Shown one piece after another: positions 29,046-42,490 of a stretch of 64,000 nucleotides of DNA (positions are counted from its first letter, which is position 1; each line of letters opens with the position of its first letter). The translations under genes and the position numbers were made by a program. This DNA is from the human T2T-CHM13v2.0 reference genome, Homo sapiens, in the NCBI RefSeq assembly GCF_009914755.1, contig NC_060929.1; one strand, written 5' to 3'. The notes below the pieces were generated by a model. That model did not search any database. It saw only the letters and a program-made list of their open reading frames with translations, and had not been told where the DNA came from.

Positions 29046-29114
29046 AGCACCCCTCAGAATTCCACACTGGACACAGTGAGGCCCAGATATACAGTCTTGA
29101 GTGTGTGGGGCTTT
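29046..29114 (+). repeat. Right arm of the 69-bp inverted repeat
   Basis: agcacccctcagaattccacactggacacagtgaggcccagatatacagtcttgagtgtgtggggcttt. Confidence 0.95.
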
Positions 29115-30326
29115 TCATGGGTTCCCCCAATTCATAATCCGTTCGTAAGTGTACCTCGATTTCTTCTAGGGGAATTATCCTTCCCAAGATGTGCAGTCAA
29201 GAATGTGGTGGCAAATCCAGGGCATATGTTCTCCCATTTTACTGTTGAATATTCCAGACCAAGACTTTTCCCTTTACTTTGATCCTGCCAGCATTCCCAT
29301 AGTCTTCCAGAAAATCCCCTTACTGCAGAAGTTTGCCAGAGTAGGTTGCTATGGTTTTCAACTGAAGAACCCAAACTCAGACTCTCTCCAACCTGATGGA
29401 TATCCGAAAAGGAGTCATTTTTCTTTGGCATTTCTACATACATCATGTCCATTCTTTCTATTCCCCTTCCAAGAAAGCTTCCAGGCATAGGAGCATTGCC
29501 CAGATAAGTAGAAAGAAACAAAAGACTCCCATGAGTGAATCAGCCAGGGCACCGGCTGTGAGCATTTTGAGGAGCAGTCTGCACTCCCTGGAGGTCTCTG
29601 GAGCAGCTCGAGCTGGCTGGAACCTTGTAGGAATGTGTGGGCCGAGCTGACCGGATCTCTGAAGTCTCACCAACCTAAGCATCCAAACTGTATTTAGGCT
29701 TCTGGGTTGGAAGTTTTTCCAGAATTTATGGATATGTTTTAAATTTTTGCATCAAACTGTAATGTGATGGTCCCCTCAACACCTATGTCTTGGCACAAAT
29801 AAAAATGTTTAATTCTATACTAATTCCTCTGCTACTTAATTGCCTCTGTGCATTTTAGAGATCCCCTTTTTCCTCCTTTTCAATAGTCATCTTTCATTTC
29901 TCATCACCAAATTCATGTCTGCATGTTATATCCCTCTCTTAATTTTCTATTGGCTTAGAAACCAGAATATTAAGTTGGTGAAAACTGATGTAAAACAAAC
30001 ACGAAGAGGGCTTTCCTGGAGGGTAAAATACATAAATCTCACTGCATCGACTTTGTGGCATCCTTTCCTTCTAAAAGAGTTTTCTGTTGTATTTCAAAAT
30101 GATGAGGTTGTTAGAACTGGACTTGACACAGGAGATCCCACTATGGTAATAAATGAATTTTACTTCTCTCATATCTTGCTTAACTTTCTCAGCTGCTTTC
30201 CTCCCTTCCTGTGAACTGCTAACCATCTCAACACCATTCAAAAGAAATCACCGAGTTGTAAACAGGCTGTTTTTGCTTAGACGTGCACATTAGAGGCTAT
30301 TCTTGTCAGAAAGGAGGCGTGAAATA

Positions 30327-30775
30327 TGTATCGGTTAGCTTTTGTTATGTAACAAGCCATCCTAAAATCTAGAAGTTTAAAAGGATAATCTTTGTTTATT
30401 TGTTTAGAATTTTCTGGGTCAGAAATTAGGACCAGATTCAGCAAGGGTAGCTTATTTGTGCTCCATTTGGTGTCAGTTGGATATTTCACCTGGGACACCT
30501 GGGATAGCAGGGAAGTCTGGTCTTCTCTCACCTCATGGTCTCTCTTTCTACAGGAGGCCAGCTTAGCCTTCTTCCCATGGATACAAGGTTCCAAGAGAAT
30601 GGAAGTTATAAGGCCACTTGACACCCACACTCAGAAGTCCCACATTGTCATCCCTGCCATATTCTTTTGGTTAAAGCAAGTCATAAGACCAGTCCAGACT
30701 CAACAAGTGGAGAAATAGATGCCACCTCTTGATGGGACAAGCTTCAAAGAATTTGGCTATTTTCAATCTACCACA
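30327..30775 (-). mobile_element. MLT1H-like MaLR solo LTR
   Basis: tgtatcggttagcttttgttatgtaacaagccatcctaaaatctag ... ccacctcttgatggga...aatctaccaca. Confidence 0.8.
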
Positions 30776-32139
30776 GCAGGAAATCCTAAATTAATTATTT
30801 TATAAAAGACTAATTAAGCATAAAGTCCTCTGATCCTAAAATAATCACCTTCCTCTGGCCCTAACCAGCCTTTCATTATTTGATTAGTAGTTGTGAATTA
30901 ACAAAATGTTTCACATTCATTATTTTATTTATCCATATAATAAGCTTTTGAAGTATGTCACCTCCTGTTTTCAGATAACGGTTTGGATGCCCAGAGAGAT
31001 TAGTGACTTACCCAGGATCCCAGCTACAAAACGACCTTAAGTCCTATCCATGTCCTCTACACTCTTCTTATAAATAACTTTGTTTATTTCAAGAGAGGCT
31101 GATCTGCTTAATTATCATCAAGGTTGGGATCAGAATTGAAGCAATTTTTCCCCAAGGCTTAAGCTTGCTAGCTCAGAGATACTATTGAAAAGGAGCACGC
31201 TGCTTGTCTGAGATGCTCTTGCCCCTAACCCATAGCCACGCTTACAAATTCCAGACATGCTTCCCAAAAGGCTGGTTTATACCAGTAACTAGACTGGCTT
31301 TACTGGGAGTAAAAGTATATACATCTGTTATTTCTCACAAAAGAAAAGCAAACAGAGTAATCTCACAAATAAAAGTAGCAGCAGATAGGGAAATTTTATG
31401 GCTTCAAAGCATACAGGGTGAAATTCTCCAAACCCCTTCCCTTCAGAAATCTACAGTATCTAGCTTTTCCATTAAATGAGGTATGCATGCCATGTTTTAT
31501 CTAGCACAACTTAAGGTTTTGTATTCAGCTGGAAATATATTTAAGCTGTCAAATACTCATCTAAAAAGAAAGAGAGAACAACTTTCCCCAAACTCTTTGA
31601 GAATTTTGAGAATTTACTAAGAAAATGCTTTAAAATGAAATCTACATAAATTGAATCACGGAGCTGAGCATCTACACTGGAATAAAAGTTCAAGAATATG
31701 TGGAGAAATTAGAGATCATTATCACCAACTAAAAAGGAATGTGAGTCAGTCTTAAAATGACTATGCTGGTACATTATTTATTTACTTACTGTTATTTCTG
31801 TGCTTCCTCCATTCTTTTTCATCTTAGATGTCAAAGAATCAGAGGGCAGCATTTGGTGCTTAGTGTAATACTGTCATTGATGTGGCTTTTGAGGCTTTGC
31901 ATTTTTATCAAGTGAACTTGATTTCTTGCTTATAATTCCTCTTTTTATTCTCAACTCTTAGAGAGAGCCGGGGCAATTTCTCCAATGTGCAAGTGAGGAA
32001 ACAGAGACTCTGAGAAGCTAATAGGCTACTCTAAAATAACAAAATTAGTCAAGCCAAAAGTGAGGCTTAAACCCATATTATGACTTATTCCACTGATCAT
32101 ATTGCTGGCATATGTTAATACATATATAATACATATATA

Positions 32140-32308
32140 TGTGTTAGTCCATTTTGCATTGCTATAAAGGAATACCTGAGTAATTTATAAAGGAAAGGGG
32201 TTTATTTTGGCCCACGGTTCTGCAGGCTATACAAAAAGCATAGGGTTGGCATCTGTTTCTGGTGAAGGCCTTAGGAAGCTTACAATCATAGCATAAAGCA
32301 AAGGGGAA
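32140..32308 (-). mobile_element. Truncated MSTB-type LTR fragment
   Basis: tgtgttagtccattttgcattgctataaaggaatacctgag...; stops abruptly at aaggggaa. Confidence 0.85.
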
Positions 32309-32309
32309 A

Positions 32310-32830
32310 TAAAATAAATAATGTATATATAAAGAAAAGTCTAAATAAGAAAGTAAAAAGTTTCTAAAATTCCACCACCCAGAAATGATGACAGTTAACA
32401 ATTGGCTCCATTTCCTTTGTCTTCAATATTAGTGGAATTATATGTGTACATTTTTATCCAATGTTTTGTTTGTTGGTTGGTTGCTTTGATTAACCTTAGA
32501 TCAAGAGTATTTTTTCATGTTATTACAGAATCTTTGAACATACAACTGTAAAATGTTGCAATGACATTATGTCATATGATTATTCCATAATTTATTTAAT
32601 CAATGACCTATTGTGTGGCACTTAGGTAATGTCTTACTTTTTGCTCCAGTAAATAACAATGAGATGGAAATATTCACATGTAAATCTTTTATATTTTTGG
32701 GTTTTTCCTTAGGTCACAGACTTATGGGATTACAGGGTCAAAAGCCATTATGATTGTTAAGGCACTTAACATTGCTGACATATTAAATCTGCCTAATAAG
32801 TTCAAGTGAAATGCAGGCTGTGCAAGACAA
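32310..32830 (-). mobile_element. Old L1ME fragment
   Basis: ttccataatttatttaatcaatgacctattg...ggattacagggtcaaaag. Confidence 0.6.
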
Positions 32831-32976
32831 TATCTCAACCAACAACAGAGTTCTTTCCTCTGGAAATTCTCTTGTAGGAGAATTAGACACATATTCAATG
32901 AATGTGGCAATCTAGGCTCTCACATATAGACTCTCCATAAAGATTGGTAATAACTTCTTTAATGGGCTTTGCTCTC

Positions 32977-33388
32977 TGTGTTAGCTCATTTTTCATTGCT
33001 ATAAAGGAATATCTGAGAGTGGGTAATTTATAAAGGAAAGAGGTTTATTTTGGCTCATGCTTCTGCAGGCTATACAAGAAGCATAGGGCTGGCATCTGCT
33101 TCTGTTGAGGTCTCAGGAAGCTTACAATCATGGCATAAGGCAAAGGGGAAGCAAGTTTGTCACATGGAGAGAGAAAGAGCAAGACAGATGCCAGGCTCTT
33201 TTAAACAACCAGCTCTCATGTGAATTAATAGAGTGATGACTCACTCATTACCATGGGGAGGGCACCAAGCTATTCATGAGGGATCTGTCCCCATGACCAA
33301 AACACCTCCCACCAGGCCCTACCTCCAACACTGGAGATCACATTTTAACATGAGATTTGGAGGGGACAAATATCCAGACCAAATATCC
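32977..33388 (-). mobile_element. MSTB-type MaLR solo LTR
   Basis: tgtgttagctcatttttcattgctataaagg...acctcccaccaggccctacctccaacactggagatcac...gaggggacaaatatcca. Confidence 0.9.
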
Positions 33389-33804
33389 TCCTCTCATTGT
33401 CCTTGTTCTAGGATCTTGCTGTTACCTGGTTGACTTGATGAGAATCTGTTAAGGCAGATCATTGTTATACCAAACACACTCTCTCTGCTATTCCATAATT
33501 TATTTCTTTGCTCACTACTCTGTTAGACTGGTTTTTGAGAAATAACATTGTCTGTATATTTTCTACTGTAAAACTACATAACTATTAATAATAGTTCACT
33601 CTGGGATTTCAGCCATCTGCTCTTAGTTTTCAAAAGAGGAAAAATTCTTCACTTTATCTAGATTGGAGAAAGGCAAGAGATCAGTGAGGGTAGGAAGAGA
33701 CAGAGACTGCTTTATAATAAAGTCTTCTCTATAGTTTGTATCCTTAGATGACTCCTCTTTCCCTTCTTCTCTTTTATCATTTCTCTTTTCAAAGTAGGTC
33801 GTTA

Positions 33805-34130
33805 TTTATTTGTTAGGTCAATACTGTGTGTCAAGTTGTGTTCTGGACTCTGAGGACAGAGAGGTGAATAACAGACATAGAGCTTATGCTCTGGGAGCTT
33901 ACAAATTAGTGAAGGTGATAGATAATTAATTAAAACAAAGTTTGGTGAATAATTGGATATAGTGGAGGATCAGAACCTAGTCAAGTGGCCTGCAAAGGCC
34001 TCCACATAGAAGTGGGATTTATGTTGAAACTTGAAAGGTAACAATAAACTAGCCAGACCAAAGTGGATAAAGGGAAGTGAAATGGTCATGTAGGAAGAAG
34101 AATTTCAAGCCAGGAGGAATTTAAATTTTC
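33805..34130 (-). mobile_element. L2 3' fragment
   Basis: atactgtgtgtcaagttgtgttctggactctgaggacagagaggtgaataacagacatag. Confidence 0.7.
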
Positions 34131-34515
34131 ATTTATGATTTAAAAAAATTCTCAGGAAATTTGAAATATAAGGACACTTTCTTAAACTGGGAAAGGATAA
34201 CTATAAAAAAAACCTACTGCAAGCATACTTCATAGTAGAATGTTAATGCTTTCCTACGTTGAGAATCATGTCATCAAGAGAAATTTTAAAATAACTAAAT
34301 AAATAGGTGGATATACTATTTTCATGGACTGAAAAACTCAATATTATAAAGAAGTAATCTCCCTTACTTGATCTTATATTTCAATAGAATACTAGTCAAT
34401 ATTTCAGAATACTATTTGCGGAAGATCAAAAGCTGATTCCACAAATAAAAACCATAATGAGCTAACACTACCTGTCCACTAGAATGATAAAATGACAAAG
34501 ACTGGCAATGCCAAA

Positions 34516-35071
34516 TGTGATGGTGAATTTTAGATGTCAACTTTACTGAATTAAGGATTATCTATAGATCTGGTAAAGGATTATTTCTAGGCGTGTCTAT
34601 GAGGATGTTTCTAGAGGAGATTGGCATATAAGTCAGGGGGCCTAGTGGGGAAGATCTGCCCTGAATGTGTGTGGGCACCATCCAATCAGCTAGGAGCCTG
34701 GATAGAACAAAAAGACAATTTTCTCCCTCTTCTGGAACTGGGATACACTTTTCTCATCTTCATGGATATCAGAACTCCAGGTTCGCTGGTTTTTAGACTC
34801 CAGGACTTATACTAGTGACCCTGCCTCATCCCCTCGAGTTCTGAGAGACTTCTGCCTTGGACATAGAATTTTATCATTGGCTTCCCTGAGTTTGAGGCCT
34901 TTGGACTTGGACTGAGCCACACTGCTGGTATCACAGGGTCTCCAGCTTATAGATGGGCCTGGCCTGTTGTCTCCATAATCATGTAAGCCAATTCTCCTAA
35001 TAAATCTCCTCTCATACATCTCTATATACATCACATTGTTTCTGTCTTTCTAGAGAATACTGACCAATACA
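34516..35071 (+). mobile_element. MLT2B-type (HERV-L) solo LTR
   Basis: tgtgatggtgaattttagatgtcaact ... gagaatactgaccaataca; perfect TSD CCAAA at 34511-34515 and 35072-35076. Confidence 0.9.
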
Positions 35072-36216
35072 CCAAATATTTAGCAAGGATGTGAAGGAGC
35101 TGGAATTCTTTCAACTGCTATTGGTGAAAGCACTTTCAATACTATTTCTCCATTAAAGTTGAGTATATACATTTTGTATGATCAATAATTTCATTCCTAG
35201 GTATATATTCCCTCACCTCCAATGCCTATAAAAGCTTCAAACTAGAAATAACCCAAACGTTCGTGATCTCTAGAGTGCATCAATAAATTCACAGTCATGC
35301 AACAAAATATCATTCAGCAATAAAAATCAGTGAACTAAACCTACTTGCAGCAATAGGAATGAATCAGACAAATATAATACTGAGTGAAAGAATACAGGCA
35401 CAAAACAATGCATACTGTATAAGTCCAATTCAAACATAGGAAAAAATAGTCTATTAAGTTAAATGTCTGAATAGTAGTTGCCTTTTAGAAGGCATGCAGT
35501 GATGATTGGAAGGAGATATGTAAGTGACTTCTGGGGTACTGGTAATATATTATACTACCCAATTCTGTGGGTATGTTGACTTTGTGATAATTATTTAAAC
35601 TATATAAGTTGAACATATTTATATGTTATACTTCACATAAAGTTATAAAAACCTATAAGAGGAAACTAAAGTGAACCTAAGACCAATTTATAGCTTTAAA
35701 TGCACATGTGTGAAGAAGATGGAATAACAATGGGCTAATATCCTCTTGAATAGAAGATAAATATAAAACAAATTAAATCCAAAGGAAGTGAAAGAGGGGA
35801 ATCACATAAGAAGGATCAGAAATTAGTGAACAAGAAAAGAAATATGCAATAGCTAGGATACACAAAGTTAAAAGTTTCTTTAAAGATGAATAAAACTGAC
35901 AAACCTCTGGCAAAATGAACCAAGATGTCAGCAATAAAAAGGAGATATGACTTCATATTATGCAGATATTTAAAAATAAAGGAAATTATGAAAGAGTTAT
36001 GCCAATAAAATTAAAACTTCAGATGAATTGGCCAATTTCTTAAAAAACTTTATACAAAGAACAAAAAATAGAAAATTGAAGACATTAAATCCATAACTTA
36101 AAACCTTCCAAGAAAGAAAACTCCAGAGACTACTTCATTTGTGATTTTTATAAAATAGTTAAAAAATAATGCTATACTTTTACAAAATCAGAGATCAAAA
36201 AAGAGGGTGTAGCTTT

Positions 36217-36358
36217 TTAAAAAATTTTAAAAATTTTGTATTGAGACAGGGTGTCACTATGTTGCTTAGGTTGGTCTTGAACTCCTGGGCTGTAGAAATC
36301 TGTTCGCCTCAGCCTCCCAAAGTGCTGAGATTACAGGCATGAACCACTGTACCCGGTC
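36217..36358 (-). mobile_element. FLAM (free left Alu monomer)
   Basis: Single monomer; TSD AAGAGGG(T/A)GTAGCTTT at 36201-36216 and 36359-36374. Confidence 0.88.
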
Positions 36359-36660
36359 AAGAGGGAGTAGCTTTAATTTATTAATGCAGAATAACCTTGA
36401 TAACCAAACCCGACAAAGACATTAGGGAAAAGGAGATTTTATAAGCCAGTCTCACTAACATACATTGAAGGAAAAGTCCTGAAGAAAACAGTAGTGAACC
36501 TAGATTAAATCCTCTAAATGAAAACATGGGAAAATATCTCCATGACCTAGTAGGAACAAAAAATCTTAAATGAAATGCAAGAGATAGATAAGTTGAGCTT
36601 TATTGAAATTAAAACTTCAATTCCACAAAATACATTATTATGAGAGTGAAAAAGAGGGTG

Positions 36661-36985
36661 AGCCAGGTGTGGTGGCTCACACCTGTAATACTAGTATTTT
36701 GGGAGGCTGAGGCAGGAAGGTCGCTTGAGGCCAGGAGTTTGAGACCAATCTGAAAAACACAGTGAGACCCTATCACTACAAAAAATTAGCTGGGCATGGT
36801 GGTCTGTGCCCGTAGTCTCAGCTATCTGGAAGACTGAGGTGGGAGGATCTCTTGAGCCCAGGAGATCAAAGTTGTAGTGAGCCATGATTGTACCACTGCA
36901 CTCCAGCCTGAATGACAGAGTAAGACCCTCTCTCTCTCTCTCTCAAAAAATAAATAAATAAATAATAGTAATAATTAAAAAATAA
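36661..36985 (+). mobile_element. AluJ
   Basis: J diagnostics cttgaggccaggagtttgag and ggaggatctcttgagcccagg; (TC)n then (AAAT)n tail. Confidence 0.92.
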
Positions 36986-37371
36986 AAGGAAGATAGGAAA
37001 CTGTCAGAGGCTGTTACAGTTATCCAGGGCCCTCCTTCCTTCCTGCAGGATGCTGCCTCTATTCTCTCTGCCTGGATGCTCAGTACATACACTCTTTCTG
37101 CCTAGCTACTCTAACTTGCCCTTCAAATATCAGCTCAGTCTTTCCTTCCTCTAGGAAGCTTACATTTTCCTTCTCTCCATTAAACTTCATTGTGGGTTTC
37201 ATAATATTTATGGCTCGATTATGAGAATTATCATATTTGAAGCTTTACATTTATTTGAATGCTTAGTTGGTTAGTATCTGCTTCATCTACTAAATTGTGA
37301 AGATCAATCATGTTTGATTTTTGCACAATTACTGTATCTTCAGTGCTTGTATATAGGGGCTTAGTAGATAT

Positions 37372-37680
37372 TTTTTGTTTGTTTGTTTGTTTGTTTTTTT
37401 GAGGCAGTCTTGCTCTGTTTCCCAGGCTGGAGTGCAGTGGCTTGATCTCGGCTCACTGCAACCTCTGCCTCCTGAGTTCAAGTGATTCACCTGCCTCAGC
37501 CTCTTGAGTAGCCAGGATTACAGGCATGTGCCACCATTCCCGGCTAATTTTGGTATTTTTAGTAGAGACGGGGTTTCATCATGTTGCCCAGGCTGATCTC
37601 AAACTCCTGACCTCAGGTGATCTGCCCGCCTTGGCCTCCCAAAGTGCTGGGATTACAGGTGTGAGCCACCACATCCAGCC
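37372..37680 (-). mobile_element. AluS inserted in an L2 3' end
   Basis: Reverse dimer with (TTTG)n tail; L2 terminal text continues either side (tagtagatattt / aatatttgttagatgaat). Confidence 0.93.
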
Positions 37681-39854
37681 AATATTTGTTAGATGAATAC
37701 GTGAACAAAGGGATAGATGAATAAATACAATTCTGCATGAGCATCAGAATAGAAGTCAGGAAAAAGTAGGGGGAAGAGTACGAATATGGCTATAAAAGGG
37801 CCATATGAGGGATCCTTATAGTGATAAAAGGGTTCCCTTATCTTGACTATATCAATGTCCATATCTGGGTGTAGCAAAATATTACTACTGGGGGAAAATG
37901 AATAAAGGGTACATGGGATCTCTCTGAATCTACAATTAACTCAAAATAAAGTTTAAAAAATAGAAGTAATGCCCAACCAATAGAAGTTGGCCTAAAACAC
38001 TTTTCTCTCCATTGAGTTAAAAGGTGAAGAAAGCCCCCAAACAATTTAGTGTGGCTGCTGATAGATTTCTCCATTAAATGACAACTGTCACAACAGTGGA
38101 GTCGATATGCACATCTACATTCTCCTCCTGTAAATGCTTGGCTAGAGGAAAACACTCAGATGCAATTTTTGGGAGGTATAGATGGTATCAAATTTGAGTT
38201 AAATGTTCCATACATTTTGCTACAGTTTGGGAGGAGCAAAGGGTGGCCCTTTTGAGGATGCTATATCCTCTGAAGTCATAGTCTGGCATTACTGGTATTG
38301 TAAGAGATGAGCACAGGATTCAGATCTATCTTTAAGTATCCTGGAGAAATATATCTTCTCTTCACGCTGTGCTCAGCAGAAATACTAAATTTATGATGGA
38401 AGTGACTATAACTAGGCCCTGGTCAGAAAGTTGTCTGTGACCTGCAGAAGCCAGAGTATTTGCCATTGGTTTAGAAAGCTGAGAGAAGAGAACTTTTAAT
38501 GTATCAGCGGTAGCTGGGCTCTATCCCAATTGGGAGAAAAAAATATTGCAAAAATGTCTTAGTGAGACGTTATTTGGGGACACATAAAACAGGAGAGAGA
38601 CTCTATAAATGAGGTTATATTCAGAGATCTATATAGATGATCTCTATTACTTTCTCTCTATATATATGCACACCCATAAACATGTGTATTTCTTATATAA
38701 TCTGAATATGACTATATATACACATATTTATAATCTTATATTAGGATTTTCTTTCTCTTTAGGCATGTTGTGGTAGTTGTGGGAGATTCCTTCTAGATTT
38801 GGTCAGTGTCTGGTTAGTATAAATGTGCATTTTTTTTCCTAAAGCATAAGGAAAATTTTATTTTAAATTCTTATAAACTAACTTTTCAAAAAATTCATTT
38901 GTGTATTTTTTATATAGTTCTTCGAGTACTTCTTTTGATTTTTCCCATAAGTTACACCCTGCCTCCTCCTTTCTACTATTTTCTTTGATTACTATTCTCT
39001 CATAGAATTTGCAGGACAAAATAACCCTGCAATTGTATATTGTAACTGCTCAATAATAGCAAGCTTAGTGCTTGAGAGCTTCACACAATGGGTTGGTACA
39101 AAGATAGGACCCCTTCAGGTCATCTCTGCTGAAGATATTTATCATCATACAGATGTGAATAGACCCATCTGAGAAAATGGTTTATGAAAAAAATAATAAT
39201 TCAAAGGATGTTGGATGAGAGTGGCCAAAATTCCATGGTCCACAAACCCACTATCAAATGAGAATAACAAAATAACAGAACACATAGAAACAGCATTTGA
39301 TTGTTGCTGAAATGAAAGAAGGTTTGTGGGAAGGAAGCTGAAGATCACTGGGTAGAATCAAGCCTTGTTTGGAAATCCGATTACTAAGAAATGAGAGGGA
39401 GTAAGCAGCCTATTAGATTAAAGGGCTCATGAAAACTTATCAGCCACTCTGAGCACAGTTGCAGAGGCAGTAATGAAACCACTAAGATGTGCAAAGATAG
39501 ACATAGATTTTCTGGGGGAAGAAATATCAAGAAAAATGGGGGTGAGAGTTGGCAAATACTTTCTTGCCAACCTTCAAAAGCTCTATTCTTTGCAACTAAT
39601 GGATACTATGTTAGTCTTTATAAAGCTGAGCTCTAGGTAATTATTTTTCTTATATAACAAAGTGCCTTAGAAAATAGACCCAAAACAAAACATTGCTAGG
39701 AAAAGAACTTAAAAAACTTAGGTTGAAGATTTCAGAGGTAAGTTATTTATGGCTTTCTTAAAAATCTCTAAAACTAAGCAGAAATTATGATCAAGGTCAC
39801 AATATCACATATTCAGAATAACTATGGGCTAATTGAGTTTTATGTTCTTAGGTA

Positions 39855-42490
39855 AAGAAAGAAAAAGCAACAAAGAAAAGTGAACAGGCCTCAGAGACAT
39901 GTGGTAGAGTCAACAAAAGAAAACAGGGAACCATGAACTGTCTATTGGAGACATACTTTTGATTCAAAGACACAAACAAGTTGAAAGTAAAAAAAATGGA
40001 AAAAGATATATCATGAAAACAGTAATCAAAACAGAGCTGGATGGCTACACTAAAATCAGAAAAAAAAAGCTTTAATACAAAAATTTATACTAGAGACAAA
40101 TACATTTGTAAATCCATATTCATCTAACAACAGAGCTGCATGAAGCAAAAATTGACTTTGAATTAAAGGGAGAAATAGACAATTCAATAATAACAGTTGG
40201 ATACTTCAATGACCCATTTTCAATAGTGGATAGAACAACTAGACAGAGACAAACAAGGAAACAGAAGACTTAAATAAGTATATTAAGCAACTAAACCTAA
40301 CAGGTATCTATAGAATGCTCTACCCAACAACAGCAGAAACACATTCTTCTCATGTTACATTGTCTAGATTGGCCATATATTAGGCTATAAAACAAATCTC
40401 ACTAAATTTGAAACAAATGAAATCATACAGCTTTGGTGCTACAAACACAAATAAATTAAATTAGAAGTCAGTAACATGATGAGATTTGGAGAAGTTGTAA
40501 ATATGTAAAATTAAACAACACACTCCTAAATAACCAATGGGTCAAAAATATAAAATTAGAAAATACTTTGAGATTAATAAAAATCAAAACATGACATACC
40601 AAAATGTATGGAATACAGCTAATGCTGTGCTTAGAGAGAAATGTACTGCTATCAGTGCTTATATTTTTTTAAAAAAGGAGAAAGATTGCTGTTGATAGTT
40701 TCTTTTGCTGTGCAGAAGCTTTTTGTTTAATTAGATCCCATTGTCAATTTTTGTTTTTGTTGCATTTGGTTTTCTATGTCTCTTTCATGAAATCTTTGCC
40801 TGGTCCTATGTCCAGAGTGGTATTTCCTAGGTTATCGTCCAGGATTTTTACACTTTAAGGTTTTGCATTTAAGTTTTTAATCCATCTCGAGTTGATTTTT
40901 TGTATATGGTTTAAGAATTGAGTCCAGTTTCAATCATTTGCATATGGCTAGCCAGTTATTCCAGCACCGTTTATTGAATAGGCTGTCATTTTCCCATTGC
41001 CTGTTTTTGTCAACTTTGTCAAAGATCAGATGGTTGTAAGTGTGTGTCATCATTTCTGGGCTCCTATTCTGTTCTATTCTATGTGTCTGTTTTACCAGTA
41101 CTGTGCTGTTTGGTTACTGTAGTCTTGTAACATAGTTTGAAGTCAAGTAATGTGATGCCTCTGGCTCTGTTATTTTTAATTAGGATTGCCTTGGCTATTC
41201 AGGCTCTTTCTTGGTTCCGAAGGAATTTTAAAATAGTTTTTTTTCTAATTCTATGAAGAACGTCTTTGGTAGGTTGGTAGGAATAGCAGTAAATCTATAA
41301 ATTGCTTTGGGCAGTTGGTCATTTTAACAACATTTATCTTCCTATTCATGAGCATGGAATGTTTTTCCACTTGCTTGTGTAAACAGATAACCTACAGAAT
41401 GAGAGAAAATATTTGCAAACTATGCATCTGACAAAGGTCTACTATTCAGCATCTATAAGGAACCTAAACAAATTCATAAGCAAGACAACAAGCAACCCCA
41501 TTAAAAAGTGGGCAAAGAACATGAACAGACACTTTTCAAAAGAAGGCATACACACGGCTAACAAGCATATACTAAATGGCCAAAATTACTAATCATTTGA
41601 AAAATGCAAATCAAAGCTGAAATGAGATACCATCTCACACCAGTCAGAATAGCTACCATTAAAAAGTCAAAAAAAAAAAAAAAAGAAAAAAACCCTAAAA
41701 CAGATGCTGGCAAGGTTGTGGAGAAAAGGGAATGTTTATATACTCCTGATGGAAATGTAGTTCAGCCATTGTGGAAAGCATTTGACAATTTCTGAAAGAA
41801 TTTAAAACATGATTGCCATGTGACCCAGCATTCCCATTATTAGGTATATACCCAAAGGAATATAAAACATTCTACCATAAAGACACATGCAAGTATATGT
41901 TCATCACAGCACTATTCACTATAGCAAAAATATGGCATCAACCTAAATGCCTGTCAACAGTAGACTAGATAAAGGAAAATATGGTACATATACATCATGG
42001 AATACTATACAGACATAAAAGAGAACAAAATCATGTTTTTGCAGCAAAATGGAAGGAGCTAGAAGCCATTACTCTAAGTGATTAGCAGCAATAGAAAACC
42101 AAATGCTACATGTTTTCACATATAAACGTTGAACACACATGGACACAAAGAAGAGAAAAACAGACATTAGAACCTACTTGAAGGGGGAAGGGTGAAAAGA
42201 GGATGAGGATTGAAAAACTACCTATTGGGGTACTATGCTTATTACCTGGGTGATGAAATAATCTGTACATCAAACCTCCGCAACATGCAATTTACCTGTA
42301 TAACAAACCTGCACATGTACCCTGAACCTAAAATAAAAGTTAAAAAAAGAGATCTCAAATAAAGAACCTAGTCTTTCATCTTAAGAAACTAGAAAATAAA
42401 AAGCAAATTAAACCTCAAATAAGAAATAAGGAAATAAAGGATAAGGCAGAAATAAAATAGAGAATAGAAAAATGATAGAGAAAATCATTC
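39855..42490 (+). mobile_element. Old L1M (MB/MC) ORF2 fragment, interrupted by a younger L1PA
   Basis: Endonuclease-region text aaagggagaaatagacaattcaataataacagttgga; it resumes at gatctcaaat after 42348. Confidence 0.8.
40687..42348 (+). mobile_element. 5'-inverted (twin-primed) L1PA13-16-type insertion
   Basis: 40687-41380 is antisense L1 and 41381-42348 is the sense 3' end with aataaaagttaaaaaaa. The two pieces are adjacent in L1 (aactatcaacag|gtaaacaga). Degenerate A-rich TSD ends in AGAT. Confidence 0.88.

Larger units (their letters stand above)
34140..36655 (+). mobile_element. Fragmented old L1M (ME/MD) pieces hosting MLT2 and FLAM insertions
   Basis: A-rich L1 ORF2 and 3' text: ttcatggactgaaaaactcaatattataaag, aaactgacaaacctctggc, ataaccttgataaccaaacccgacaaagac. 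Confidence 0.7.

Noticed and set aside
26934-29114. Inverted arms as TIRs of a 2.2-kb DNA transposon
   Set aside because: No TSD, no known TIR motif, and the interior contains MIR/L2 far more diverged than the arms.
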